Origin: Schmidtea polychroa
Taxonomy: Eukaryota
Reading direction: 5' to 3'
DNA: 64,000 nt
NCBI GenBank assembly: GCA_044892525.1
Contig: CM097885.1
Coordinates: forward strand, 231,942,001 to 232,006,000
Every line of letters starts with the position of its first letter. Within the stretch, counting starts at the first letter, position 1. Of the stretch, positions 26,575 through 37,373 are shown piece after piece. The position numbers and the translations under genes are program-made. The notes under the pieces were generated by a model. That model saw only the letters and a list, made by a program, of their open reading frames with translations. It was not told the DNA's origin and did not search any database.

Positions 26575-26577
<3 letters not shown>
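23205..26577 (+). mobile_element. hATm-type DNA transposon, 3373 bp, inserted in a (TA)n tract
   Basis: Termini TAGGGTGGCCCA...TGGGCCACCCTA; imperfect ~130-bp TIRs (tctcacccttccaa.ttgttccaat; ggtggccca); ATATATAT on both sides, compatible with an 8-bp TSD. Confidence 0.92.
23790..26058 (+). pseudogene. hATm-type transposase (~750 aa) with a single frameshift near 24908
   Basis: Overlapping ORFs 23763-24929 and 24889-26058 join as VHWDGKLL..VDRLPILISG..EQLLAVPKL..ALCFD(T)TSSNTG..YLACRHHIMEL..HRARW..SDRAERGVALIQDYN; a 2-nt loss in 'gac(ac)aacaagt' explains the shift. Confidence 0.9.
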
Positions 26578-26619
<42 letters not shown>

Positions 26620-27559
26620 GTTCTTTTTAAGCATTGACCCGATTATTGGTTTCTTTATCTCCTCCGGTATATCTATCATCTGAATTTGTTTCCCTTTCCA
26701 TACAAGAATTTGAATATATTTTAAAGATTATGTTTTAATTAACTTAATAATATTTTGAAGTTTTACTGTAAAATCTGTGCATAATAAAGATTTTCACGAA
26801 TTAAACTCGATATGGATCCAAAACAATGATCTGGTCTTTCTTTTTCATATTTGAAATACAAACTGATATTTCCATCAGATGAATTTGAAACACTGATAAC
26901 ACAGAAATATGTGAAAACAAAAAGATTGATGTTGATGTAATTATACGTCCGATATTGAGGTGAAGTGGTGCAAATTGTTACGATTCGAGAGTTTTGAATA
27001 TATTTTGATTTTATTTTGATTAGTTGGAAACAACGTAGTTTAAACAACGTAATTTTTTTTATTTAATTGATAATGCATTTATAATTTTAATTTAAATAAT
27101 TAAAAAAACTTAATAAAATTAAATAAAGATGTGCATGTTTCAGACACTATATTAATTCTGTCTACATGGATTTAACCCTGATTTTTCTAACTTCTTTCAT
27201 ATTAAGATTAAACTGATAATTTGATTTATTTAAGTATGTTTTTATGGAATATCGAACATCCATTCATTTTGTCATTAAGGTTTCTGTATTTTAATTTAAG
27301 TAATAATTTAGTTTAATCAATTTTGATTATAGCAAAGGTTGTATTGAAATTCTGAATATCTTCATATATTTTCTCTCGAAAATTTATGAAAGTTTCATAT
27401 GATAATTCAAAACTGATTTCTAAATTACCTATTCTTTCTGATAGTCTTACTGACCATAGTTTTATTTAACCATCTTGGTCTATCTAATATATGCAAAAGA
27501 ATTTAAAACACAACAATATTTGTGCAAACACATCTTGTTTCATTTTTCGTTAATATTGG

Positions 27560-27745
27560 AAGAACCTTTTTTCCAATTTCACCACTGATTATTTTTTCCA
27601 TTGAATTTATTAAAAAGAGAGCTTGAAGACTATAAATCAGTAATATATCGATGTTTTTGATAGTCACGAATTTTCGGCACTGACTTTTTCAAACATCGAT
27701 ATATTACTGATTTATAGTCTTCAAGTTCTCTTTTTAATAAATCTT
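27560..27745. repeat. Foldback element: ~52-bp near-perfect inverted arms around a ~33-bp spacer
   Basis: Arm 27606-27657 vs 27691-27742, one mismatch. Confidence 0.9.
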
Positions 27746-27910
27746 TCCTTAAACCGATATAACATTTGCTTTTTTCACATGATTTTTTTACAATATATTG
27801 CAAATTTTAAACTGATTAAAATATTAATTAGGTTTTAATATTTATTATTTAAAACATGAATATTCTTTATCTTTACAATATATTTCAGATGTATCAATAC
27901 TTAACATTGT

Positions 27911-28140
27911 TCAATCACTAGGTTTATCAATAGGTTCATCAATAAGTTTGTTAATTAGATATTTAGTTATTTTTTCTTCGTTACTTTCATCTTTAACAAA
28001 AGCTTTAATGATATCACGCATGTCAAAACCAGGTAATAATTCAATATTGTAGGTTAAAGACCTTTGAATACAATCTAATATTAAATTAGAATTTATATAT
28101 ACTAATTCATCGGTGGCCAACCCAAATGATCTTAAACTTT
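27911..28140 (-). other. Unassigned ORF remnant between two foldback elements
   Basis: Open frame SLRSFGLATDELVYINSNLILDCIQRSLTYNIELLPGFDMRDII..; no recognised motif. Confidence 0.3.
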
Positions 28141-28159
28141 AATTTATTTATTTTTTAAA

Positions 28160-28347
28160 GTATTTATTAAACAAATTTGACTATGAATCAGTAAAGATAT
28201 CGATGTTTTTTTTATATTGACCTATTTTCGGTACAGTCTTTTTCAAGAGAGTTAGATCAAAATCATTTGAAAAAGGCTGTGCCGAAAATTCGTGAATATC
28301 AAAAAAAAATATCGATATCTTTAATGACTCATAGTCAAATTTGTTTA
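28160..28347. repeat. Longer, diverged foldback element (~85-bp arms, 20-bp core)
   Basis: 'tatttattaaacaaatttgactatga..atatcgat..ttttcggtacagtctttttcaa' is mirrored after the core 'gagagttagatcaaaatcat'. Confidence 0.85.
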
Positions 28348-28937
28348 ATAAATACAATGTCAATTCTAAAGAAATCAGAGGTGAAAATTAAAAAATATTA
28401 TTATTTATAAAAAATATTAATAATAATAAATTCAATGTCTTATTTATTATTATTTAATTTTTAAAATTGGAAAATATTGTGTTATTATTATTAATGTTTA
28501 CATAATAATAATATTTCATAAGATAATCTTCAATCAAAAATTAATCATTGGATTAACAATTTTAGATGAGATTGAAGTATTTTTCTCGAGTATTTCAATT
28601 AAAATATCATATTTAACAATTTTATCTGAAATTTTAGGAAAAAACATTTTATTAATGCTTTTTTCTTGTTTTTATTCAAGACTAAAAATCCAGAAAACCT
28701 GATAATTATTCTCCTACTCATACTATCTTGATACAAGAATTTTCTGTTTATAAAATATCATTTTCCAATTACCATTTGCATTGTTTATTTCTTCTAATTA
28801 ACAATTATTTTTATTATTATTTTGGTCACTTTTGATCTGTATTATATGAACCTTTTAAGTTGTTGCAAAAAAGGTAAAATTATTATATATCTTTAGATGG
28901 GAGTAGTGAGATATGGAGCCGTGGGAACAAATACATG

Positions 28938-29048
28938 ACGAGTCAATGCTTTTTTGAATAATTAGGACAATGAGTCATCGCACGAGTCATGCTTTTTGAA
29001 GAACAAAGAAATATGAGTCATCATTCTTTCATGATCAAAATGGCCGCC
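28938..29048. promoter_or_regulatory. AP-1-like (TGAGTCA) and YY1-like (CAAAATGGCCGCC) motifs in the Polinton left TIR
   Basis: TGAGTCA at 28971 and 29014, CGAGTCA at 28939 and 28983, CAAAATGGCCGCC at 29036; motif match only. Confidence 0.4.
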
Positions 29049-29180
29049 AAATAGACACATCATCCAAAATCTTTCTATTTGACCTACATCACTCAAATTC
29101 ATATCTACAGATGCACAATAAAAATACAGACAAAATAATAAAAAAATAACAAAACTAAACGAAATTGAATAAACATTTAT

Positions 29181-29418
29181 TTATTTTCTAAATAATCTTT
29201 TTAATTCTTCTAATACAATCTCTAATATATTTCTTTTTCATTTTCCTCCACAAAGGTAAGGGTATTAACAGTCTTCATAAATTCTGACTGATCAATTGTA
29301 AAGTTTAATCAATTGAGATAAATTGAGTTTTGTAAAATCATTCGATCGTGAAGACCTGGAAACCGTTAGAAAAGTTTCTTCAAAGCAATATGAAAAATTT
29401 GTCTAATATAGGATGCAT
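29181..29418 (-). pseudogene. Small Polinton accessory ORF, decayed
   Basis: MHPILDKFF..EETFL..RIYEDC.YPYLCGGK.KRNILEIVLEELKRLFRK*, followed by AATAAA; co-oriented downstream of the TBP-like gene. Confidence 0.45.
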
Positions 29419-29516
29419 TTCAAAAAATGAAATAAGAAATTATTAATAGTTTATATACAAATTTTATCCAATCAGAAACATTAAACGACCAATAAGAAAT
29501 ATGTATTTCCTTTGTA

Positions 29517-29958
29517 TTACAGTTGCAATTCATAAATTAAATAGTTAACAAAAGGTTGATAATCTAAATGTCTTAAGCCTAAAATAACAACTTTGTCACT
29601 CCTAAAAACATTTACACACAAGAGCTTATACTTGATTAATCTCAACAAGGGAAATAATTCTTGTTCGAATATATATCGGGATTTCTTTGTCAATTTGTAT
29701 AAATTTATTTTATATCCAATATTTTTTGTAACAGTAATTGATTGAATTCTAAAGTTTTCAATTTTAAATGGTAATTCATTTGCATCGATTGGTTTTTTAC
29801 ACCCCATAATGCGACATTTTCCTGAATTGAAAAATATAATATGAATTTTCAAGAATAAAATAAAATTTCCAACTTCTATCAACAATTTGTTGTGGTTTTC
29901 TACACGGAAATTTCATATGTTGAATTGAACTTTTTCCGCTGTAATTTATATTAGACAT
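29517..29958 (-). pseudogene. Divergent TATA-binding-protein (TBP)-like gene inside the Polinton, one frameshift
   Basis: IIFFNSGKCRIMGCK, FKIENFRIQSITVT..INLYKL and FEQELFP..VNVFRSDKVVILGLR align to the TBP repeats LIFSSGKMVCTGAK, FKIQNMVGS..IRLEGL and YEPELFP..LIFVSGKVVLTGAK. Confidence 0.75.
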
Positions 29959-30059
29959 TTTATAAAATATCTTTAAAATATCAGATATTTATAGCTAATT
30001 TTAAATGAGTTCATTAATTAACTTAATGTAAACTATATCAATTATTTAGAATTTTCAAA

Positions 30060-30430
30060 ATGGAATTAGAAAAACGATGCAGTTTATCAAATTGCTGGTC
30101 GAAGTGGTAGTGAGACAATTTTATTTGATTGTAAATTACTCAAATCAAATCTGTTTCAATCGAAATTTAATAAAACTTACTTGCACAGAGGTGCAGATGA
30201 AGAACATGGATTAACACAAAAACAGTTTCTGTAAATTAGAAATGACAATAGTGAAAAGATTCGATAAAATTTTGATATTGTTATCGATGATTTGTATCAA
30301 AAAGCAAATAAAGAAAAGGATTTCTATAATTTATTTACGAAAATCAGTCTATATTTAGGTGTCACGGTTATATACATCACTCAAAAGTATTTAATCAAGG
30401 AGGGGCCCATCGTACTTGGAATTTAAATTT
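30060..30430 (+). pseudogene. Polinton packaging ATPase (A32/FtsK-like) fragment
   Basis: YQIAGRSGSET (decayed Walker A), IVIDDL (Walker B), FTKISLYLGVTVIYITQ (the FTK.SHH...ITQN motif). Confidence 0.85.
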
Positions 30431-30469
30431 AAAATCCAGCAATCTTTTCCTACTTTTGTTGTGGATGAT

Positions 30470-30640
30470 TAGCTGGAAATTATTATAAATATTGCCAGAG
30501 GCAATGTTGATATTAGCAAACAAAAAAAGAGAAATATTGAAAAAAAACATTGCAAATCATTATTATCGTAGCTTAATACGAAAAACAATGAAAGGAATGA
30601 GACACATCATATATAGAAAACACTATTCGGACAATCACGA
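30470..30640 (+). pseudogene. Small Polinton ORF remnant
   Basis: EIIINIARGNVDISKQKKR.. resembles the 'EI..N.L.GN..L' basic proteins I associate with Polintons; lies between the ATPase and the integrase. Confidence 0.4.
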
Positions 30641-30709
30641 CAATAAACAATGGAAAATAATCCCTCATTATCAATTTTTTTTATTTCAATTTCAAATCAA
30701 GTTGTTGTA

Positions 30710-31075
30710 ATGGAAAAGATATGGACCAACCCCAAAAACGAAACAGGTTTCGGTGGAGTTGCAAAGTTGAAGATAAAAATCCCGAATTTGAAAAAAGAAA
30801 TCCAAAATTGGTTGAGCAGTCAATTGGTATACAGTTTAAACAAACCAATACTTTAACAATTTCCAACAAGAGCTTAATGGACTTATAGTATTGATGATTT
30901 ATGGCAAATGGATTTGATGAAAATGATTCCATATACAAAAATCAACAAGGGATATAAATATATTTTAAGATGTATTCAGTCATTTTGCTAGAGCTTTTCC
31001 AATTAAAACTAAGTCAGCTATAGAAATGGCAAATTCAACTAAACATTTATTTGTTACCAAGTATACTAAACATTT
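30710..31075 (+). pseudogene. Polinton retroviral-like (RVE) integrase, 5' fragment
   Basis: MEKIWTNPKNETGFGGVAKL..WLSSQLVYSLNKP..FPTR..IDDLWQMDLM..NKGYKYIL..FARAFPIKTKS. Confidence 0.9.
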
Positions 31076-31730
31076 GAGGATGAGTTATATATTACATTAA
31101 TAAGTCAATTACAAAGTTATTTACATGATACCGATAAGGAATGTAGCATTAGTTAGTTCAAATGATGTAATTAATGACTTAGAAATATTACCTCATATCT
31201 GTAGATAAGAATTTGTGTGATGTAAGTCAAAGAGAAAAGATTTTGAATGATTTGTCTCTTTGGTGGCCATTTTGATCATGAAGGAATGATCTGACAAAAA
31301 TATTGATAATAACCAAAAAAGATTGAAAATTTAATTATCTAGATATTTCAATTTTCAAAATTTTCAAAATATTAATATTTCATCTACAAATCAGTGTTTA
31401 AATTTTGATATTTGACGGCCATTTTGACCATGAAGATGTAGTCTGGTGAAATAGTTCTCAATTATAAAAAGTCTTAAATATATATAAGTCTTGGTAAAAT
31501 TTGATGGTTCAACGTTTAGTATTGGTGTCTTTGTTAAATGGACTTTGAAAGATGTTTCATGATGACTCATGTTTCTTTGTTAAAGTATGGGGGTGAAAGT
31601 TCAAATCAAATTTTGAGGCACTTCCCGTCATTAGATTTTAGAATTTAAAATATATTTATTCTCAAAATTTGATGATCTACGAAATTAAAATTAAATATTT
31701 TGAAAAATATGAAAGGGAAAGAAAACGTCT

Positions 31731-31775
31731 AGTAGTATTGAGATGTGAGCCCGCGGGAACAAAGACATTTAGCAT
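31731..31775 (+). mobile_element. Isolated Polinton-type terminus
   Basis: AGTAGTattgagatgtgagcccgcgggaacaaagacat vs AGTAGTgagatatggagccgtgggaacaaatacat at 28902. Confidence 0.7.
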
Positions 31776-32525
31776 GTAAATTTAAACAGAACGAATTATC
31801 AAAAAATTTCAAATGGTTTTTGACCAGTATTTTATTCTCTACAAAACTGTCGGATTAGAATTTCTAAATTCCCAAAATATGCCGCAGTTGCCCTAATTAC
31901 AATATAAATCCTTTTCACGTTAAATTATCACAGAAATTATATTTTTTATTTACAAACGTAAATTGATCATTCAAACAAAATTAGTAAAATAATAACTAAT
32001 TTTTGATTCCTGCTTTGACTTTAATTAAATAATTATTGTTTTAATAAATAATAGTAATTAGTGCAAATAAATAAAACTTTGATTCTTTGCCAAAATGTCA
32101 AATTATAATTATATGCAAATTAACTCGTTCGGGTTTTACATTGTGTATTTTCAGTAATCGTTATGAATTTACTTTTCCTTTTATTTTTCATAATGCAATT
32201 TAACAGATGAGAGTAAATATCCTTTATTTGTATACTGATAACCTGTTCTCTGCGATTTCTTGGAATAATTATTGGAGACTTAGAAAAATAATGATTTTTA
32301 AATAGGTATTTTCTGGCCTAAAATACATTGAATAATTGAAATTGTAAATTTCTGGAAAGAATTTAATTTCAAGTAACATTTAAAATAAAGGTTGTTTAAA
32401 TAAGTAGCTAAATAAATATAAAGCAAAATTTCAAATCACCTTCTTTGGTTTTGAGTTTTTTTTACTATTTACGATTTAGTTTTAAAAACTCTTTTTGTTG
32501 CAAATATATAATATTTATAATATTA

Positions 32526-32563
32526 TATATATTTCGACAGCATCACTATCATCATCAGGTTAC
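32526..32563 (-). ncRNA. Hammerhead motif in the inverted pseudo-LTR
   Basis: CTGATGA-t-GATAG..CTGTC-GAAA-tata-TA; the stem II change gives a G-U pair. Confidence 0.55.
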
Positions 32564-33494
32564 GTACATTCACGACGGATGAATAACTATACTATATTGA
32601 TAATATATAAATAAATTATAAAATCTATAAATTTTAAAAATCTATAAATAACTCAAAACAGTTTTATTGTTAACATTGAAAGAGACTGTTGATAAATGTA
32701 TGAATAATGCTAATGATCGTAGTATGAATGAATGTAAATTGTCGAATGATGTAGTAAATATGAGTATTGATAATAACAAACAAGATGAGCCAAAATATAC
32801 GATGGTATTGCCGTATTCTGAAGGATATAAAGATTTCAAAAGAAAGATTGGTAAACAGTTAGGTACATTGAATTATAGAATTGTTTCAAAATCGTGCAAA
32901 GTACGTAGTATGTTTGTTAGTAAATCTCAAACGCCGGTTGGATTGTGTTCGGATTTCGTTTATCAATTCACATGTAATGGGTGTAATGCCACATACATTG
33001 GAGAGACTTCAGTCATCTCTGTATTCGAGTTCAAGAACGCTGTCGACCGAAGGGAGTGTCCAATATTAAGGATCACAATAAAGTCTGTATGAGAGAATTA
33101 GGAATGTCTGATTTTAAAATCTTATCAAAAAATTTGATAATAGTTTTGAGCGTGTGATATGTGAAGCATTATTGATAAAAAGTTTTAATCCTAAAATCAA
33201 TGTGCAGAATGCAGTGAATACGTGTGTGTTGAATGATTTTAATTAAAATTTTGTATGTTGATGTATATTGAATAATAGTTATGTTAAATAATTAAAAAAA
33301 TAATTAAAATAATATTTTTTAAATAATTTTAAAATTTTAAATATAATTGATTATTGAAAATTATTTTTAATGAAATTAATTGTTTAAAATTTTTATTTAT
33401 AATTTAAAATTTATATATTTTATAATTTATAATTATAATTTTATAATTTTATAATTATCAATATAGTATAATTATTCATCCGTCGTGAATGTAG

Positions 33495-33537
33495 GTAACC
33501 TGATAATGATAGTGATGCTATCGAAATATATAGTGAA
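33495..33537 (+). ncRNA. Hammerhead motif with a core mutation (CTGATAA), probably inactive
   Basis: Same scaffold as 11369-11410, but G8 is A. Confidence 0.5.
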
Positions 33538-34397
33538 AAAGATGTATGAATGGCGATTTTTATTAATAAAATCTTTACCTTGTTTATTTGAGAATTTATT
33601 TTATTTTATTTTTTTATTTTTTATTGTATTTCTTTCTAGTTAAAACTAAAAAAACTTAAATTATAAATATAAGAATCTTTTAATTTAATTTTTCATTCAT
33701 AATTCCAAAGTCATTTTTCAATACAAGTTGTAATAAAGTAGTAATATTTTAATTATTATTATTAAAACAATAATTTTTGAGGCAAATATTCATTATATAA
33801 TATTGACAATAAAAATTTCAATCAACGATAATTCATAGAATTGTAAAATTTAAAACTTGTAGTATGATTATTCGATTGTTAATCAAATTGTTTAAAATGA
33901 AATTACTAATGGAAGCATAAAATATATACTTTATTTACAATTTTATATATTAATTATTTTATTTAATTAATATGATTTAGAATGTCAATTTAGATCAAAT
34001 TTATTAATGTTTGGAAGAAATAATAATAAATTTTTATGGGTCTAATAAGGAACTGATTTTTTAAAATTTTTATTAAATTGTTTTATGCGAATATTTTATA
34101 ATAATTTACTTAAGGTTACTGGTGTTTAGTTGGATATCACTGTGATTAAATTAATGCAATTTATAGAGGAATTTAGGGGTAAATATCGATTGGATATCAG
34201 TGTCAAAAGGGAACATATGACAATTTTACAATTAAAAGTGTAATTATTTGTAAATTATACAGAAATAAAGGGTTAATAAGAGTAATTTCAACATTTTTCA
34301 GGAGATATTATCATTCAATACTAATGTTAAAGGTAATAATTCATTAAATTATGCTAATTATAGCGAGATTTAAGGTAATCATTAAGTGTCAGACTTT

Positions 34398-34950
34398 AGT
34401 AGGTAGGTAATGACCTCCATAGAGATTAGTAGGCCACTTTGTGTTTGCAGGGTGCAGAGGGGTAATGGGTTTTTGGGCTAATAGGTCAAAATTAACTAGA
34501 TTTAGTCTCTCGTCAGATAATCCTTAGTATTTTTTGGTCTCTGAGATTTTTTGCGAAGGAATTTATGTCAAGATATTTTGATGAATCTGTCATGAGAAAT
34601 TAACGTAATAATTTAAAAATAGGGTGAATTTAAGTAATAATTCAAAATAAATAATAAATTTTAAATTTATGTTAAGATATTTTAAATATTCGATGTCATT
34701 TGAGAAATTAGCGTAATATTATAAAAAATAAGTAAATTAAAGTAAATTAAATCAATAATTTAAAATGTATAGTAACATATTTTAAGAAACGATGTCTTCT
34801 GGGAAATTAAAGTAAATGAATACATTAAAACCAGCTACTAACAACCATGTAGCAACAATCAGTTACTTACAAACAAATACCAATAACCAGATATCAACAA
34901 CCAGGTCCTAACAACTAGTTATTAATCACTAATAAATAACACATTAAAAT
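34398..34950 (+). mobile_element. Compact homologue of the Polinton-type terminal repeat at 3357->405
   Basis: Starts AGTAGGTAGG; then 'ggtctc.gag', 'aattaaagtaaat' and a C/A-rich block (ccagctactaacaacc..caacaaccagg..aacaactag), in the same order as the expanded arrays read on the minus strand. Confidence 0.55.
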
Positions 34951-35699
34951 AATATCAATTATCTCACATAAAGAAATAACACAAAATCAATAATAAACTT
35001 TATTAATAAAAATCTTCAATTTCTTGTAATTCATTCGATTCTTCGTTGTCATAATCTAATTCTTCGTCAACAACTAAATTTCACTAAAAAACCACCAAGA
35101 ACAATAAAATATTTATTAGATTCGTGAATACATTTAATAGTACTTATAAAAAAATTGTTGAGATTTAAATTATGCTGTTAGTTTTTACAATAAATATGAA
35201 TGACCTTTTAAGGAAAAATTATTGCTATTTAATAATTGTTATTTAATAATTGCTATTTAATGAATAAATTAGTTGACAATTATAGAGTGAATAAATATTT
35301 TACATCTTACATTAATTTTAAAAAATCATTGAAAGAATTTGTTAAGATTATTTTTTTTTGAATAAAATTGATTGATCTTTAAAAGTAAATCTTCTTCATT
35401 GAAGTTAATTGTTAAGAAAATGCACTCATTAGATGAAAAATTAATAAAACAAAGGAACTGATTGACTGAACTCGAAGCATCAGTACTTGTAAGATTTTCT
35501 TATCATTAGGTAAAAATTATACATTCTTGAATTAAAATACAAAAATTATTGTAAAAATAACAAGTAAAGATTTAAATTATAAAACATTTAAAATCAAGTA
35601 AAGTAAACTGATCATTAACCCTAAATAATTTATAAAATCTATTAAAACTCAATTAAGTTCAATAATTAAAAATAATTAAGTAATTGTTTAAAGGTAAGC

Positions 35700-36150
35700 C
35701 ACAGTCTCGTAGAACTATAACAAAAATGACTCTTAAAGATTTTATATTACTTAACAATTCACGTTTAAGCAACTAGATCCCTTGAAAAATTAAATTCTTC
35801 TATCTATCCGATAAAATCTCTTTAATCCTTCAAATGAGCATATTTTACTCTTATCATATTCAACCGTTTTAATTTCTAGAAATTTCCTTAAAATCACATG
35901 ATAAATCTAAAATTTTGAGACAATTGAGATCAATTTTCATTAGTTGTTGTCAGTGTCCAACATTAAAATTATTTAGTAAAAGCCCTCTGAAGGTTCAAAA
36001 TTTACGAAAATCAATATTTTCAACAAATCAAAGAAATATTTCACCCAATTTACCATCAAATATCGAACTAGATCATAATTTTCACCGATTCCCTCGACGA
36101 TTTTTAAGCAACTATATAAACAATTATAACCTTTTAAACTAAATCACAAA
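35700..36150 (-). pseudogene. Possible decayed leucine-rich-repeat-like coding fragment
   Basis: IDLNCLKILDLS and KSKICSFEGLK resemble LRR units; many stops. Confidence 0.25.
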
Positions 36151-36317
36151 TTTCTGTATAATCCACATTAATTTTCAGGTAAATTTCATATATATTTTAT
36201 CATCATCATTTCCTTGATAAAATTTACTGGTTTCGTAGCTTATGATTTTCAATATTTAAAAGTTCATCAATGTGTTACTGACTAAGGAGAAATTGAATGG
36301 TCATGGAAATATTCTTA

Positions 36318-36319
<2 letters not shown>

Positions 36320-36388
<69 letters not shown>
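36320..36388. repeat. (TA)n microsatellite (others at 23180-23204, 26578-26617, 61326-61368)
   Basis: Perfect TA runs. Confidence 0.97.
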
Positions 36389-36391
<3 letters not shown>

Positions 36392-36972
36392 CATTTTTAC
36401 TTAAAAAAAACTTTAAGCCAAAAACTCATCACCCCTATACACTCTGGAAAAACCATGTGGCCCACGGCACCCTAGTGGACCGAAGGTGAAGAGGGCTATT
36501 ATCTACCTACTGATTTTTATAGAAGATTTTATGGATGATTGAATGTAATATTCGGATGTTAAAGCGGATAATACTGATATTTTATAGACGATTCTAGTAT
36601 ATGCTAAAGAAGTTTATTATTGGTTATACATTTATTCTGGAATTTATTTTTTAATGGGCTATTTAATGTGAATATTTTTGTTTTATTTGGTGAAAAGATG
36701 ATATATACTTGAATATCGAGTTTAAAGAAAATTAAGTCAATGTTTTATACAGGAATTGATGGTGCGACATTCAGTTAGATATCATGAAGTAGTTAATTAT
36801 TAATTTGTTTTAAAAGCAAATTTTGTAAGCTATTAATAACTGTTTAATTTGTGTTAGAATTGTATATTTTGTAATAATAAAATCTGTAAGAAAATCATCG
36901 TTCTGTCTAGGACCTTCATTTAAAGCTTTAGTAACGACATACAATTAATTAAACATTTTTTTGTGAAACTTA

Positions 36973-37373
36973 TAGGGTTACCACCTTTTTCGCGACGGAT
37001 ATACGAACACTCAAACCAATTAAAAAAAATAATAATTTAAATAAAAAATCAATTTTATAATAAGTGTATCTATAATATTTATTTAAATATTAATATTAAA
37101 TGTATAAAACGAAAAAAACAAAAACAAAAAATTAAAATTAGCACTTTTTATTTCGTAATATATTAAATAAATATATCAGTTTTTATAACATTAAATTAAC
37201 GTAAAACAATATTTTTAAGCTAAATTAATATTTGTCTCATTTTTTACATGGAATTTAATTAATTGATACAATAACCGAACATTTTAACGTTCGGTCTGGG
37301 TGCCAAACGAACAACGAACAATTCATTTGATTACCGAGCTGTTCGTTTGAAAACCGAACGGGTGGTAAGCCTA
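36973..37373. mobile_element. Non-autonomous hAT element (MITE), 401 bp
   Basis: TIRs TAGGGTTACCACC / GGTGGTAAGCCTA (12/13); perfect 8-bp TSD GAAACTTA. Confidence 0.92.

Larger units (their letters stand above)
28902..31600. mobile_element. Heavily deleted Polinton/Maverick (adintovirus-like) element
   Basis: Starts AGTAGT; TIR motifs (catgatcaaaatggcc; aacaaagaaa.atgagtcatca) are inverted at 31261-31290 and 31560-31582; contains ATPase and RVE integrase remnants. Confidence 0.85.
32526..33567 (+). mobile_element. 5'-truncated Penelope-like element (same family as 11339-13160) with an inverted 5' pseudo-LTR
   Basis: 32650-33240 encodes the GIY-YIG end, nearly identical to 11640-12250; 32526-32645 is an inverted copy of 33405-33532. 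Confidence 0.93.

Noticed and set aside
36420-36500. hATm-like end (gtggcccac..ggcacccta) near a TA tract
   Set aside because: No partner TIR or TSD found.
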